In this document: positions 28,318 to 37,348 of the stretch, one piece after another
Layout: each line of letters starts with the position of its first letter
How positions within the stretch are numbered: the stretch's first letter is position 1
Assembly (NCBI GenBank): GCA_035528375.1
Contig: DATKYS010000051.1
Location: forward strand, 4,503 to 68,502
Length of the DNA: 64,000 nucleotides
Source of the DNA: a bacterium
GTDB lineage: Bacteria > RBG-13-66-14
Direction: 5' to 3'
The notes under the pieces: generated by a model
Databases searched by the model: none
Seen by the model: the letters and a program-made list of their open reading frames with translations, nothing else
Told to the model about the DNA's origin: nothing
Made by a program: the position numbers and the translations under genes

Positions 28318-28617
28318 CTAATCCACCCGGCGCACGTCCACCTTGCGGGCCAGGCCCCGGCCCAGGGCCAGGCGGGTGTCGCCGATGGAGATGATGAGGG
28401 GGTAGATTTCCTCCACGACGGCCCGGACGCCCGGCGCCAGTCCCAGCTCGCAGAGCCGTTGCCGCGCCATGCGCCCTCCGTAAACGGCGACCACCTCGAA
28501 GGCGTCGCCGGGGGCCAGGTCCTCGATGAAGAGGGCCTCGCCGGGTCGCCTCTCGACCACGCGACCGAACCCATGATGCCTGCCGAAGTGTTGCGGGGCG
28601 CCGTGGTCGTGTCTCAT
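28318..28617 (-). CDS. feoA: FeoA-domain protein with His-rich N-terminal extension
   Basis: The SH3-like FeoA core is LFIEDLAPGDAFEVVAV...RLCELGLAPGVRAVVEEIYPLIISIGDTRLALGRGLARKVDV. The N-terminus is MRHDHGAPQHFGRHHGFG. Confidence 0.65.
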   Translation of the reverse strand: MRHDHGAPQHFGRHHGFGRVVERRPGEALFIEDLAPGDAFEVVAVYGGRMARQRLCELGLAPGVRAVVEEIYPLIISIGDTRLALGRGLARKVDVRRVD

Positions 28618-28689
28618 TTAATCCGCCCTATTGAGAGCCAGTCTCATTCATAGTCTAGCCTAAATTAGATTAAATGTCAATAGGAGGGC

Positions 28690-28960
28690 GGAATGGCCCC
28701 CCGCCTTAACGGGTGAGGCGCGATTCCGCTACATACTCGTAGGGGCCGACCGACCGGCCGGTCCTTTTTTCAAAGGTAGCCCTCACCCTGACCCTCTCCC
28801 ACAGGGAGAGGGAAAACTTTCCCACGCTCTCCCCGTTATCTTTCGCGGATGCGCCTCCCCCAAATGTAGGGCGGCCCCGTGGGATGCATCCCCTGCGGGC
28901 CGCCCTACATCATCGCAGCTTTGGGGTGAGGGCTGCCTTTATAAAAAACGGGCGCCCCAA
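28690..28960. repeat. REP-like palindromic element cluster
   Basis: gtaggggccgaccgaccggccggtcc, ccctctcccacagggagaggg, gtagggcggccccgtgggatgcatcccctgcgggccgccctac and ttggggtgagggctg. Confidence 0.75.
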
Positions 28961-28990
28961 CGGACTCCCGCGCCAATCCTCCGCCCCGGC

Positions 28991-29563
28991 TCAAATCAGC
29001 CCGGTGAGCCCGATGAAGGCCATCGCCATGATGCCGGCGGAAATCATCGTTATCCCCGGCCCCTTCAGCCCCGCCGGGATGTCCGACTTCTCTATCTTCT
29101 CCCGGATGCCCGCCAGCGCGACGATCGCCAGCATCCACCCCAACCCCGACCCGATCCCGTACCCCACCGTCTCCAGGAATCCGTACCCCCGCAGGACCAT
29201 GAACAGGCTCACCCCGAGGATGGCGCAGTTCACCGTGATCAGCGCCAGGAACACACCGAAGGAGGCGTAGAGGTCGGGGGAGAACCGCTCGATGGCCAGC
29301 TCGAGCACCTGGGTGATGGCCGCGATGACCACGATGAAGATGATGAACTGGAGGTGCTCCACGCCGAAGGGCACCAGCAGGTAATGCTGGATGGCCCAGT
29401 TGGCCGCCGAGGTCAGCGTCATCACCAGCGTCACCGCCATCCCCATGCCGAAGGCGGTTTTCACGTCCCGGCTGACGGCGATGAAGGGGCACATGCCCAG
29501 GAAGTTGGTGAGGGCGATGTTGTTGGTGAAGGTGGCGGCGAAGAGGACGACCAGCGCTTGCAT
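28991..29563 (-). CDS. nqrE: Nqr/Rnf-type membrane subunit NqrE (RnfA homolog)
   Basis: MQALVVLFAATFTNNIALTNFLGMCPFIAVSRDVKTAFGMGMAVTLVMT... is colinear with NqrE/RnfA (LGxCPF motif). Confidence 0.75.
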   Translation of the reverse strand: MQALVVLFAATFTNNIALTNFLGMCPFIAVSRDVKTAFGMGMAVTLVMTLTSAANWAIQHYLLVPFGVEHLQFIIFIVVIAAITQVLELAIERFSPDLYASFGVFLALITVNCAILGVSLFMVLRGYGFLETVGYGIGSGLGWMLAIVALAGIREKIEKSDIPAGLKGPGITMISAGIMAMAFIGLTGLI

Positions 29564-29565
29564 GG

Positions 29566-30621
29566 CTATTCCCCCTTGACGGCGGCCCAGGCTGGCTCGC
29601 CGTCGTAGCTCTCGTTTTCCGTAAGCCGGATTTCCACCGGAAGCTCGGATTCGGCCCCGCTCCCGAACAGGATTATCTCAGAGGAAGGGTCGCCCACGTC
29701 GGCCGTCTGGCCGATGAACCAGTCCCCCCCGGCGGGATCGGGCGCGAGGTTGAATCGGTCCGGCTCCAGGGGCCGGGAGGAAAGAACCGTCTCCGTGGGG
29801 GCGTCCATCCGGGCGCCGTACATCAATTCCCCCTCCCGGTACGGGACGAGGAGAGTGCCGTCGGGGAAGCGGCGGAGCGGGCCGAAAACCTCGTCCCCCG
29901 GGGTGGCGAGATCCGAGTTCGCCAGGGCGTCATGAACGAAAACCAACCCGGCGGTGAAGGGCGACACCAACTCGGACCAGGGTTCGTAGACGCAGACCAC
30001 ACCGAAGCCCGCCACGTGGACCGGCCAGCGGTAGTCTCCCGGCTCCAGGCTCTGCGGCTCCAAGACCCCGCGCTCCAGATCGTAGTAGTAAACTGCGAAA
30101 CAGTTCCGCCGCCCGGACAGGTGCTCCAGCTCCTCGGTGCTCCCCGCGAAGAGCCCCACCGCGCCGTAGTCAATGGCCTCGTAAGAGGAGAAATAAATCC
30201 GCTCGCCGTCGGCGGACCACGAGAGGTCGTTCTCGACGCCGGGGGTGTCGGTCAGCTTGTCCCAGACGCGGTCCCGCCCGGTATTGTTCAGGTCCATCAG
30301 GTAGAGGTCGGGCTGTCCGTACATCTCGCTCACCCAGGCCAGGTAGCGCCCGTCCGGTGAGAGGGCGGGGGACCGGTCCGCGCACGTGTTGTAAGTAATC
30401 CGGTCCGGGAGACCCGTGTCCAGGTCCATCACGTAGATTTCGAGGTCGCCTTCGCAATCGGAGACCCAGGCCACGCGGCCGGCCAGTCCGTTCTCGGCGC
30501 AGAGGGCGGCTATCCCCTCGCCGTTGGAGGCCAGGGCCGGTTCGATTTTATCCTGCACCGCCGACGCGGCGGTCAACATCGCCAAAAGGCAGAGAAACAC
30601 CGGTTTCATCGCACCGTCCAA
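29566..30621 (-). CDS. Secreted TolB-like WD40/PD40 beta-propeller protein
   Basis: Signal peptide, then repeated PD40 motifs (SPALSPDGRYLAWVS, DLSWSADGERIYFSS). Confidence 0.65.
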   Translation of the reverse strand: MDGAMKPVFLCLLAMLTAASAVQDKIEPALASNGEGIAALCAENGLAGRVAWVSDCEGDLEIYVMDLDTGLPDRITYNTCADRSPALSPDGRYLAWVSEMYGQPDLYLMDLNNTGRDRVWDKLTDTPGVENDLSWSADGERIYFSSYEAIDYGAVGLFAGSTEELEHLSGRRNCFAVYYYDLERGVLEPQSLEPGDYRWPVHVAGFGVVCVYEPWSELVSPFTAGLVFVHDALANSDLATPGDEVFGPLRRFPDGTLLVPYREGELMYGARMDAPTETVLSSRPLEPDRFNLAPDPAGGDWFIGQTADVGDPSSEIILFGSGAESELPVEIRLTENESYDGEPAWAAVKGE

Positions 30622-30699
30622 AAGGTATCGCTCGCGGCGAAGGTCATTGAATCAACGAAGCTCGACCTCGCGGAACCGGGGTGCAGCGCCCCGCGCTGC

Positions 30700-31794
30700 C
30701 TAGCCGAATTTGTCGAAGTGTATCCGGCCTTCCGGGACGCCCTTCTCGATGAGCTCGGCGGTGAGGGAGTTGACCACCACCGGCGCCCCGCACAGGTAGT
30801 ACTCGTCGTCCGCGTGGCCCTCGAAAAATTTGCCGAAGAACACGAGGTCCATGCGCCCCCACTCGCCGCCCCAGTCCTTCTCCTCATCGGCCGACAGCAC
30901 CGGGATGTAGTGGAACTTGGGGTTCTTCTCCCACTCTCCGATGTCCGTCTCGCCGTAGAGGTCCCCCTTCACGCGGGCGCCGAAAAAGAGAAAAACCTCC
31001 ACCTCCGGGTCGCTCGCCAAAATGTCCGGGATCAGGCTGCGGAAGGGGGCCAGGCCGACGCCGGTGGCCAGGCAGACGGCGTTGCGCCCCGAATGGGCGT
31101 AGAGGAATTCGCCGTAGGGCCCGGAGAATTTCACCGGGTCGCCCTCCTTCATGTTGTGCAGGTAGTTGCTGGCGACGCCGAGTGCTTCGAGGCGCACGTT
31201 GAAGGAGACGGTCTCCCGCAGGCTGGGCAGGCTGGACATGGAGTAGGCGCGGTAGACCGCCTCACCGGTCTCGGGGTCCGGGGCCTGTATCTGGACGTAC
31301 TGCCCGGCCTTGAACTTTATCTGCGGCGGGTCGCTGAGCCGGAAGGTCAGCTCCTTGATGGCCGGCGTCACCAGCTCGGCCCGCTCCAGCACCGCCTCGT
31401 ACTCGCTTATTTCAAAATACTGCGACGGAATTTCGACCCGCATGTCGTTGCGGACCTTGACCTGGCAACTCAAGCGCACGTTCCTGGCCATCTCCTCGTC
31501 GGTGAGTACGATTTTTTCCGTGGGCAGGTACGGCCCGGCGCCCTCGGTGACCACCAGCTTGCAGTAGGCGCAGGTCCCCTTCCCGCCGCAGGCCGAGGGG
31601 ATGAAGTACTTCTGCTGGAAGAGGGTGTAGAGGAGCGAGTTGCCGCCCCTGACCGAGAGCTCCTTGTCCCCGTTGAGGGTGAGGGTGACCTGGCCGTAGT
31701 CGGCCAAAAATTTGTCGGCCAGGGCGAGGATGAGCCCCAGGGCGAGGGCTATCCCGCCGATGACCGCCGCCGAGGTGAGGATGATGGGGAGCAT
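30700..31794 (-). CDS. nqrF: Na+-translocating NADH:quinone oxidoreductase subunit F-like protein (TM anchor + 2Fe-2S ferredoxin + FAD/NADH-binding FNR domain)
   Basis: N-terminal TM helix, ferredoxin cysteines (SACGGKGTCAYCK...C), and FNR-like RAYSMSS...GVGLAPFRS. Confidence 0.8.
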   Translation of the reverse strand: MLPIILTSAAVIGGIALALGLILALADKFLADYGQVTLTLNGDKELSVRGGNSLLYTLFQQKYFIPSACGGKGTCAYCKLVVTEGAGPYLPTEKIVLTDEEMARNVRLSCQVKVRNDMRVEIPSQYFEISEYEAVLERAELVTPAIKELTFRLSDPPQIKFKAGQYVQIQAPDPETGEAVYRAYSMSSLPSLRETVSFNVRLEALGVASNYLHNMKEGDPVKFSGPYGEFLYAHSGRNAVCLATGVGLAPFRSLIPDILASDPEVEVFLFFGARVKGDLYGETDIGEWEKNPKFHYIPVLSADEEKDWGGEWGRMDLVFFGKFFEGHADDEYYLCGAPVVVNSLTAELIEKGVPEGRIHFDKFG

Positions 31795-31823
31795 ATACCT
31801 CTAATACCGGCTGACGTGAGTTC

Positions 31824-32465
31824 TCAAGGCTCGGAGAAGACGACCGTCGTTCCCTCTGGTGGCTCCTCGCGGAGGGATTCGGCGATTTTTTCGAAGTCCG
31901 GCGCGTCGGCCGCCAGGACGCCCACCACCAGGAAAAGCCTACTCACCCCCGTGGTCTCCACGCCCTCGGTTTCGGCGAAGAACCCGCCGGTCTGAACCAC
32001 CACCGAGTGGAGGGAGCCCGACATCCGCCCGGAAGTCACCGGCGCGCTCCAGCAGTGCCCCTCCACCGCGGCCGTGTCGTACTCGCCGCCGGTGAAGCGG
32101 TGCGTCACCGTGTACGCCACGTCACGGTCCACCCACTCGTCGCCGGAGACGCCGAAATAGACGTGAACCGAGTAGGGCTCCCGCGCCGGATCGTACTCGG
32201 GAACGGGCGGCAACTCGATCTCTATCTCGCTCCCGGCCTCCACCGGCCCCAGGGCGAGGGGGAAGACGTATCCCGCGGCGGGATCGCCGTCCAGGAGGGC
32301 CGCCTCTTCCCACACCACCCCGTCGAGGATGATGAAATCGTCGTAGCGTTCCAGGTACGCCGAGTAGTATTCATTCTCCAGGGAGGTCCAGAAGTCGGGG
32401 CCGCGCACGTCGGCCGCCGAGCCGAGAACCAGAAGCGTCACGAGAATGAGGCCGATTCCCCGCAT
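31824..32465 (-). CDS. Secreted hypothetical protein
   Basis: Signal peptide MRGIGLILVTLLVLGSAADVRG. The start is set at this internal Met. Confidence 0.45.
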   Translation of the reverse strand: MRGIGLILVTLLVLGSAADVRGPDFWTSLENEYYSAYLERYDDFIILDGVVWEEAALLDGDPAAGYVFPLALGPVEAGSEIEIELPPVPEYDPAREPYSVHVYFGVSGDEWVDRDVAYTVTHRFTGGEYDTAAVEGHCWSAPVTSGRMSGSLHSVVVQTGGFFAETEGVETTGVSRLFLVVGVLAADAPDFEKIAESLREEPPEGTTVVFSEP

Positions 32466-32505
32466 GTTCCCTCCTAAGCCGCCCGGGCGCGCAGCCCACT
32501 CCCCC

Positions 32506-33873
32506 TCAACGCCCCGTCCCGGACGGTGCGGATGACGCCGTTTCCGCGGCGCCGCGCGCATCCGTAAACCGCCGCCTGAGAAAGTAAACGCTCATGCCGA
32601 TCAGGTACACAGTGATGGAGGACACCACGAACAGCAAATAAGCCGGCTTGTAAACCCCCAGGCGGTTGGCGAAAAAGGCCGCCGCCTCGACCAGGGGCCA
32701 GGCGAGCAGGACGATGCCGGCGAAGGACCACCTTTCGCGCCGCACGTTATCGGCCGTAACCAGGGCCAGGGGCAAAATCAAGAAAATCAGGTAGGTAGGC
32801 CATGTCACCGCGTTGAGCAGAAATACGGCCAACAGAATCACGATGTACTCGTTGAGCCGCCGGCGCGGTTCGCGCGGTTCGCGCCGGAACGCGACCATCA
32901 GCGGGACCAGCAGAGCCAGGCGCAGCGCCTTATCTATCCAGGAGAAGACCGCCGGCGGGACGTTCAACAGGTTGACGCCGGGTGCCCCGGCCCCCTCCGG
33001 GGCGACCAGGTAGCGCGCCAGCGCGCCTGAGAGCGAGACGTTCTTGTCGTGATAGACCAGGTAGTGAACCCCTTGGCTGCCGAACATCGTCGGTTGGAGA
33101 AAGTTGACGTAATACTCGTTGTATAAGGCCAGCGTTCCATCCCATCCGCGGATCAACACCGGCAGCAAGCCGTTGAACACCAAGAAAACGATCACCGCGC
33201 CCACCGCGATCCTTGCGCGTTTGTGGAGCAGAAAGTACAGGACGAAGAGCGCCGGGGCGAGCTTCACCGCCACCGCCATTCCCAGGAGGATACCGGCGCT
33301 CCAATCCCGCTGTTTCTCCGCCATGACCAAGCCGCCCAGGACGAGGGCCATCAACAGGATGTTCGCCTGCCCGTAGATGAAGAGGTTGCAGAACCAGTAA
33401 TGCGCCGTACACAGAAGCGGCAGGCCGATGACGACGAACAGGCGGCTCCCGACGAGCGCCGGATCGGCGTTGCGGAGCAGGCGGTAAACGAGGGACAGGC
33501 AGAGCAGCGTGAGACCGAGGTTGACGAGCCCAAAGGCGACGTAGAAGGCCGACGGGGGCAGCCATGCGATCAGACCGAGCAGGACGACGAACGCGGGGGG
33601 ATATAAGTATCCCCACTGCCCGGGCTCGTAGACCCGCCGGCCGGCGTAGAAGTCGTTGGCGGCCCTGTAGAAGATGGACAGGTCGTTGTCGCTTCCCAGG
33701 TTCACGCGCACCAGGGAGGCCAGGCTCAGGTAACAGAAGGCGGCGACGGCTACGGCGCCGAGGATTATCCAGAGCCGGTAAATCGGTCTGACGCTCCAGG
33801 ATTCCTTCACCCACGCCCAAATGTGGGCGAAGAGACCCGTCGCAGCCGAATCACCCAGTCGTCGTTCGACCAT
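32506..33873 (-). CDS. Polytopic GT-C-type glycosyltransferase-like membrane protein (DUF2029/GT87-like)
   Basis: About 12 predicted TM helices with a DUF2029-like arrangement (..YPPAF.., LLCTAHYWFCNLF, KLAPALFVLYFLLHKR). Confidence 0.5.
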   Translation of the reverse strand: MVERRLGDSAATGLFAHIWAWVKESWSVRPIYRLWIILGAVAVAAFCYLSLASLVRVNLGSDNDLSIFYRAANDFYAGRRVYEPGQWGYLYPPAFVVLLGLIAWLPPSAFYVAFGLVNLGLTLLCLSLVYRLLRNADPALVGSRLFVVIGLPLLCTAHYWFCNLFIYGQANILLMALVLGGLVMAEKQRDWSAGILLGMAVAVKLAPALFVLYFLLHKRARIAVGAVIVFLVFNGLLPVLIRGWDGTLALYNEYYVNFLQPTMFGSQGVHYLVYHDKNVSLSGALARYLVAPEGAGAPGVNLLNVPPAVFSWIDKALRLALLVPLMVAFRREPREPRRRLNEYIVILLAVFLLNAVTWPTYLIFLILPLALVTADNVRRERWSFAGIVLLAWPLVEAAAFFANRLGVYKPAYLLFVVSSITVYLIGMSVYFLRRRFTDARGAAETASSAPSGTGR

Positions 33874-33880
33874 GCGTCAC

Positions 33881-34516
33881 CTACGCCGTTGATTTGCCGA
33901 GGTCCCTTTTCCTCGCGGCTCCATCCTGGACCGTGCGGATGACCCAGATGTATGTCCCGAGCATGAAGAAGGCGCCGGGGGCCATGACCATTATCACCCA
34001 CGGCTCGAATCCCGGCCCGAGGACCGGAATCCCCGCCAGCGTCCCGAAGCCCAGCAGCTCCCGGAAAATTGAAATTATCAACAGGCTCATGGCGTAGCCC
34101 AGGCTCACCCCGGCGGCGTCCAGAATGCTGGGCAGGGGCTTGTTGTTCGAGGCGAAGGCCTCGGCCCGGCCCATGATGATGCAGTTGGTTATTATCAGCC
34201 CCACGTACGGCCCGATGGCCTTGGAAACCGTTGGTACGAAGGACTTTAACGCGATGTCCACCATGATGACGAAGGCGGCGATGATGAGCGTGTAAACCGC
34301 CATGCGGATGCGCTTGCCGGTGACGTTGCGCACCAGGCTCACCAGAAACGAGCTGCACACGGTGACGAAGACCACGGCTGCGCCCATCGCCACGGTGTTT
34401 ATCACCTGGTTGGTCACGGCCAGGGTGGAGCAGATGCCCAGGATCATGCGGAAGATGGGGTTGTCCTCCCACAGCCCCTTGACGAATATCTTCCAGTTTT
34501 CACCCTTCTTGGCCAC
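33881..34516 (-). CDS. nqrD: Nqr/Rnf-type membrane subunit NqrD (RnfE homolog)
   Basis: ...NPIFRMILGICSTLAVT...GLIITNCIIMGRAEAFA... is colinear with NqrD. Confidence 0.85.
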   Translation of the reverse strand: MAKKGENWKIFVKGLWEDNPIFRMILGICSTLAVTNQVINTVAMGAAVVFVTVCSSFLVSLVRNVTGKRIRMAVYTLIIAAFVIMVDIALKSFVPTVSKAIGPYVGLIITNCIIMGRAEAFASNNKPLPSILDAAGVSLGYAMSLLIISIFRELLGFGTLAGIPVLGPGFEPWVIMVMAPGAFFMLGTYIWVIRTVQDGAARKRDLGKSTA

Positions 34517-34519
34517 GGG

Positions 34520-35923
34520 TCACTCCTCCATCTTCGGCGGGGTGCGGCTCCAGCCCATCAACGGCGCAGCTTCTTCGTAGAACACGTCCCACTGCCCGGT
34601 GTAAACCAGGTACCAGTCTCCTTTACCGGTGGAGAAGCTCAGCACCCGGACGGACGTCCCCGCCTCCAACACCCCCGCCTCGGCGGAACCCGCCTCCGGC
34701 AGACAGAGGAGGGTCAGCGGTTCGAGCAGCTCGCCATACGAGCCGTCCTCACACCGAACTTCGTAGAGAAGTCGGGTCAGGTTTACCGGGCTCCAGAAGT
34801 AACCCAGGGGCCGGGCGTAGTCGTTGCCCGGCGGGCAGTAGAGGGCGTAGAAGCCGGCCTCGGGAATCCAGCGGGCCTCCAGGTCCGTCGAGAACCACGT
34901 GCCGCCGGCGAGATAATCGGGCGGCGGCAGCGGGTGCCGCACCCAGTCCAGGGGACTGAGCCACTCGCGGGCCATCAGGATGTGGTCCGGCTCATCGAGG
35001 TAACTCATCACGGAGTGGTAGCGCATCACCTCCGGGGTCAGCTCCGCCCCGCCGCTGATGTAGAACCAGCGCCCGGTAGGTTCTTCCTCCCATTCGGGGA
35101 TGAACGCCCATTCGGTGTAATCGTAGATGCAACGCAGACCGTCGCCGTCCCGGATAAAGCCCAACACACGCTGTTGGGTTGAGGGAGGCCCTCCGACCGG
35201 CCTGGGGGATGAAGAGCGCGCGTCCAGGGTCAGTTGCAGCTCGGCCGCCCCGTCGCCGTTGAAGTCGCCCGCCTCCAGGCCGTAGAGGCTCCAGTTGTAG
35301 TCCCAACCGAGATATCCGGACTCCTTCTCCCGGGCGATGAACTCCTCCGCGGGCACCTCCTCGACGCTCGTCCCCAGGAAGAAATCGGCCAGGCGCACCT
35401 CGGCGCTGAACGAGCCCTCGACCCGGAGCACCAGTGGCAGGTAATAGACGTAATCCGTATCGTAGTAGAACTGCTCGTACTCCGCGTGGATTTCCCCCGG
35501 CCCGACCCGGACCTGCTCCGGGGCGCCGTCGGAGTCCAGGTCCGCGGCGAGCGTGAGCTCCGGCTCGCCGAAGGCGTGCTCGACGACCAGGTGGCGTACG
35601 CCATCCTCCTCCCAGTAGTAGTTATCCTCCTCGGCGGCGACGTAGCCGCGGAGGTCGCCCGAGCGCACCTCGGCCCAGACGTAATCATCCGATGAGTCGT
35701 AATCCACCGCCCAGGCCAGAATCTCGACCCGGTCGCCCCGGTGGAGCAGGCCGATTTTGTTCCCGTCCACCGACGGTGCGTCGCGGACGTTGAGTGCGTC
35801 CACGTCCACCAGGGCGTACATCGGCTCCGGTTCCGGCGTTGAAATCGAATCGGCCCACCCCGGCGCGTCCAGGGCCCCGGCGGCCGCCGTCAGGCCGAGA
35901 ACGATGACGGTCATCAATTTCAC
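34520..35923 (-). CDS. Secreted SH3b-domain protein of unknown function
   Basis: Signal peptide MKLMTVIVLGLTAAAGALDA. SH3b-like segment ALVDVDALNVRDAPSVDGNKIGLLHRGDRVEIL. Confidence 0.55.
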   Translation of the reverse strand: MKLMTVIVLGLTAAAGALDAPGWADSISTPEPEPMYALVDVDALNVRDAPSVDGNKIGLLHRGDRVEILAWAVDYDSSDDYVWAEVRSGDLRGYVAAEEDNYYWEEDGVRHLVVEHAFGEPELTLAADLDSDGAPEQVRVGPGEIHAEYEQFYYDTDYVYYLPLVLRVEGSFSAEVRLADFFLGTSVEEVPAEEFIAREKESGYLGWDYNWSLYGLEAGDFNGDGAAELQLTLDARSSSPRPVGGPPSTQQRVLGFIRDGDGLRCIYDYTEWAFIPEWEEEPTGRWFYISGGAELTPEVMRYHSVMSYLDEPDHILMAREWLSPLDWVRHPLPPPDYLAGGTWFSTDLEARWIPEAGFYALYCPPGNDYARPLGYFWSPVNLTRLLYEVRCEDGSYGELLEPLTLLCLPEAGSAEAGVLEAGTSVRVLSFSTGKGDWYLVYTGQWDVFYEEAAPLMGWSRTPPKMEE

Positions 35924-36552
35924 GGCGTCCCCCCCTTCGCCGCGGCGAGAAAGGCCGCGATGCCCTCGTTCAGCAGCTTTTCGAGCGATTTCGAGGTCTG
36001 GGTGGCCCCGGTGATGGCCGCCACCTCGTAGGGCTTGTCGGGGGCCTGGTAGGCCACGAGGCCCACGTAGCCCGGCGCCGGGCCCAGCGGCAGGTCGTCG
36101 AACTTTTGCAGAAACTCCGGCTCGGCGATCCGCCCCCCCAGCCCCGGCGTTTCCCCCTGCTCCAGGACCCGCAGGCGGTAAATATTTTTGTAATCGGGCG
36201 TCAGGGCCACCAGGACTTTAATCACGCTCCACAGGCCGCTCCCCGAGGCCTCGAACGCCACGCCCAGCTCCTTCCCCGCGTCGTCGTAGCCCCGGTAGAG
36301 CGTCATCCCGCCGGTCTGGTCCTTCTTGACGTGCTTGGAGTAAATTTCGTCCACCCGGGCGGGCGGGAGCTCCACCCCGGGGTCGGCCAGGCCGAAAACC
36401 TCGATGACGCGGCGGTTGAACAGGCGCGCCTTCTGCTCGTCTATCACCGGCTTGGTGTAGGCGTAGAGGGCGGTCAGGGCCGAGGCCACCAGCACCGAGG
36501 CGGCGACGAGGAAGAGGACCATGAAGGGCCGCGAGTCTTTATTGAAGGGCAT
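35920..36552 (-). CDS. nqrC: Nqr/Rnf FMN-binding subunit NqrC (RnfG homolog)
   Basis: N-terminal TM helix and the FMN-attachment motif AAITGATQTSKSL. Confidence 0.8.
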   Translation of the reverse strand: MPFNKDSRPFMVLFLVAASVLVASALTALYAYTKPVIDEQKARLFNRRVIEVFGLADPGVELPPARVDEIYSKHVKKDQTGGMTLYRGYDDAGKELGVAFEASGSGLWSVIKVLVALTPDYKNIYRLRVLEQGETPGLGGRIAEPEFLQKFDDLPLGPAPGYVGLVAYQAPDKPYEVAAITGATQTSKSLEKLLNEGIAAFLAAAKGGTP

Positions 36553-36955
36553 GTTGTTTTATCACTACGATGTTGTACGAGTAGAACTGATAGTCAGGAC
36601 CAGAATACAGATTCCCGGATGATGTCCGCCTCTGTTTTCTACCTTTCTCTTGATGCTGCTTAAGCACATCCTTGTATTGCTTATAGAGGCTATCCGAAAG
36701 ACCAATCAACTTTATGTCTGTAAATGACAGCAGTTCAAGCGTATCTAACTCCTCTCTGACATCGTATATCTCCCCGTAGGTTTTATTTATCCCTTTTTTG
36801 TCCGCCCAACTGGAGACGATATAGAACTCCCAACGCTCGTACAGACCGTAATAGGACCAGAAGGCGGCCTCGACGGGAATGCTGTGCTTGAGTAATGCCT
36901 TGACAATTATCGAGCCTTCCTCCCGATACTCCTTTACCAGAATGTTCTCAACCAT
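36539..36955 (-). CDS. Hypothetical protein, AT-rich island gene (putative partner of the HEPN protein)
   Basis: 138-aa ORF in a low-GC stretch with no recognisable motifs. It overlaps the HEPN gene by 22 nt and the nqrC start by 14 nt. Confidence 0.45.
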   Translation of the reverse strand: MVENILVKEYREEGSIIVKALLKHSIPVEAAFWSYYGLYERWEFYIVSSWADKKGINKTYGEIYDVREELDTLELLSFTDIKLIGLSDSLYKQYKDVLKQHQEKGRKQRRTSSGNLYSGPDYQFYSYNIVVIKQHALQ

Positions 36956-37347
36956 GATAGAACTCCATCGTGAGGATGTGTCACTGCCTCGAAAAGGTCT
37001 TCAGCTTCGTTTTTACTTTTCGTTGGCTCATACCTCGAATCAGGTTTCCATTTTTTTACTGTAGCCAAATATATCGCTGTCTGGTTATTCGCTGGTCCCT
37101 CTCCCAAAGCTGCTTTATCGAATAATTTATCGAAATTATGGGTCCAACTTGCATCCACACGTTCTTTCTCTGGGAATTCGTGTCGCCGGGTTCGTTTAGC
37201 AATTACAGCCTTCAGGGCACATTCAACGGCATACCCTATCAAGTAATAGGCACCGACGTATCTTCTAGCTTCTAACAAAATCTGAGCATCTCTTACGCGA
37301 TCAAGTGCCATTTGTTTTAAATCACTACTCATTAGTAGTGTACCCAT
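36934..37347 (-). CDS. HEPN-domain protein (putative RNase toxin/abortive-infection component)
   Basis: ...ARRYVGAYYLIGYAVECALKAVIAKR... is the HEPN helix. The Rx4-6H motif is present as R-VDASWT-H-NF. It is AT-rich and overlaps the nqrB stop. Confidence 0.6.
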   Translation of the reverse strand: MGTLLMSSDLKQMALDRVRDAQILLEARRYVGAYYLIGYAVECALKAVIAKRTRRHEFPEKERVDASWTHNFDKLFDKAALGEGPANNQTAIYLATVKKWKPDSRYEPTKSKNEAEDLFEAVTHPHDGVLSWLRTFW

Positions 37348-37348
37348 A

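Noticed and set aside
27061-28653. 530-aa plus-strand ORF antisense to feoB/feoA; similar antisense ORFs at 30718..31995, 37370..38401, 38633..40090, 41343..42500, 47379..49244, 51647..52606, 54330..55496, 57731..59284, 60289..62685, 63312..63977
   Set aside because: All lie opposite well-supported genes (feoB, nqrF, nqrB, HK, peptidase, aspartic proteases, secreted paralog, kbl, ACS, FecR-like, uvrA). They have low-complexity high-GC composition, which is expected for open antisense frames in GC-rich genomes.
28900-28990. Terminator after nqrE
   Set aside because: GGGCGCCC followed by TTTTTTATAAA is too short a stem to call. REP elements probably serve this role.
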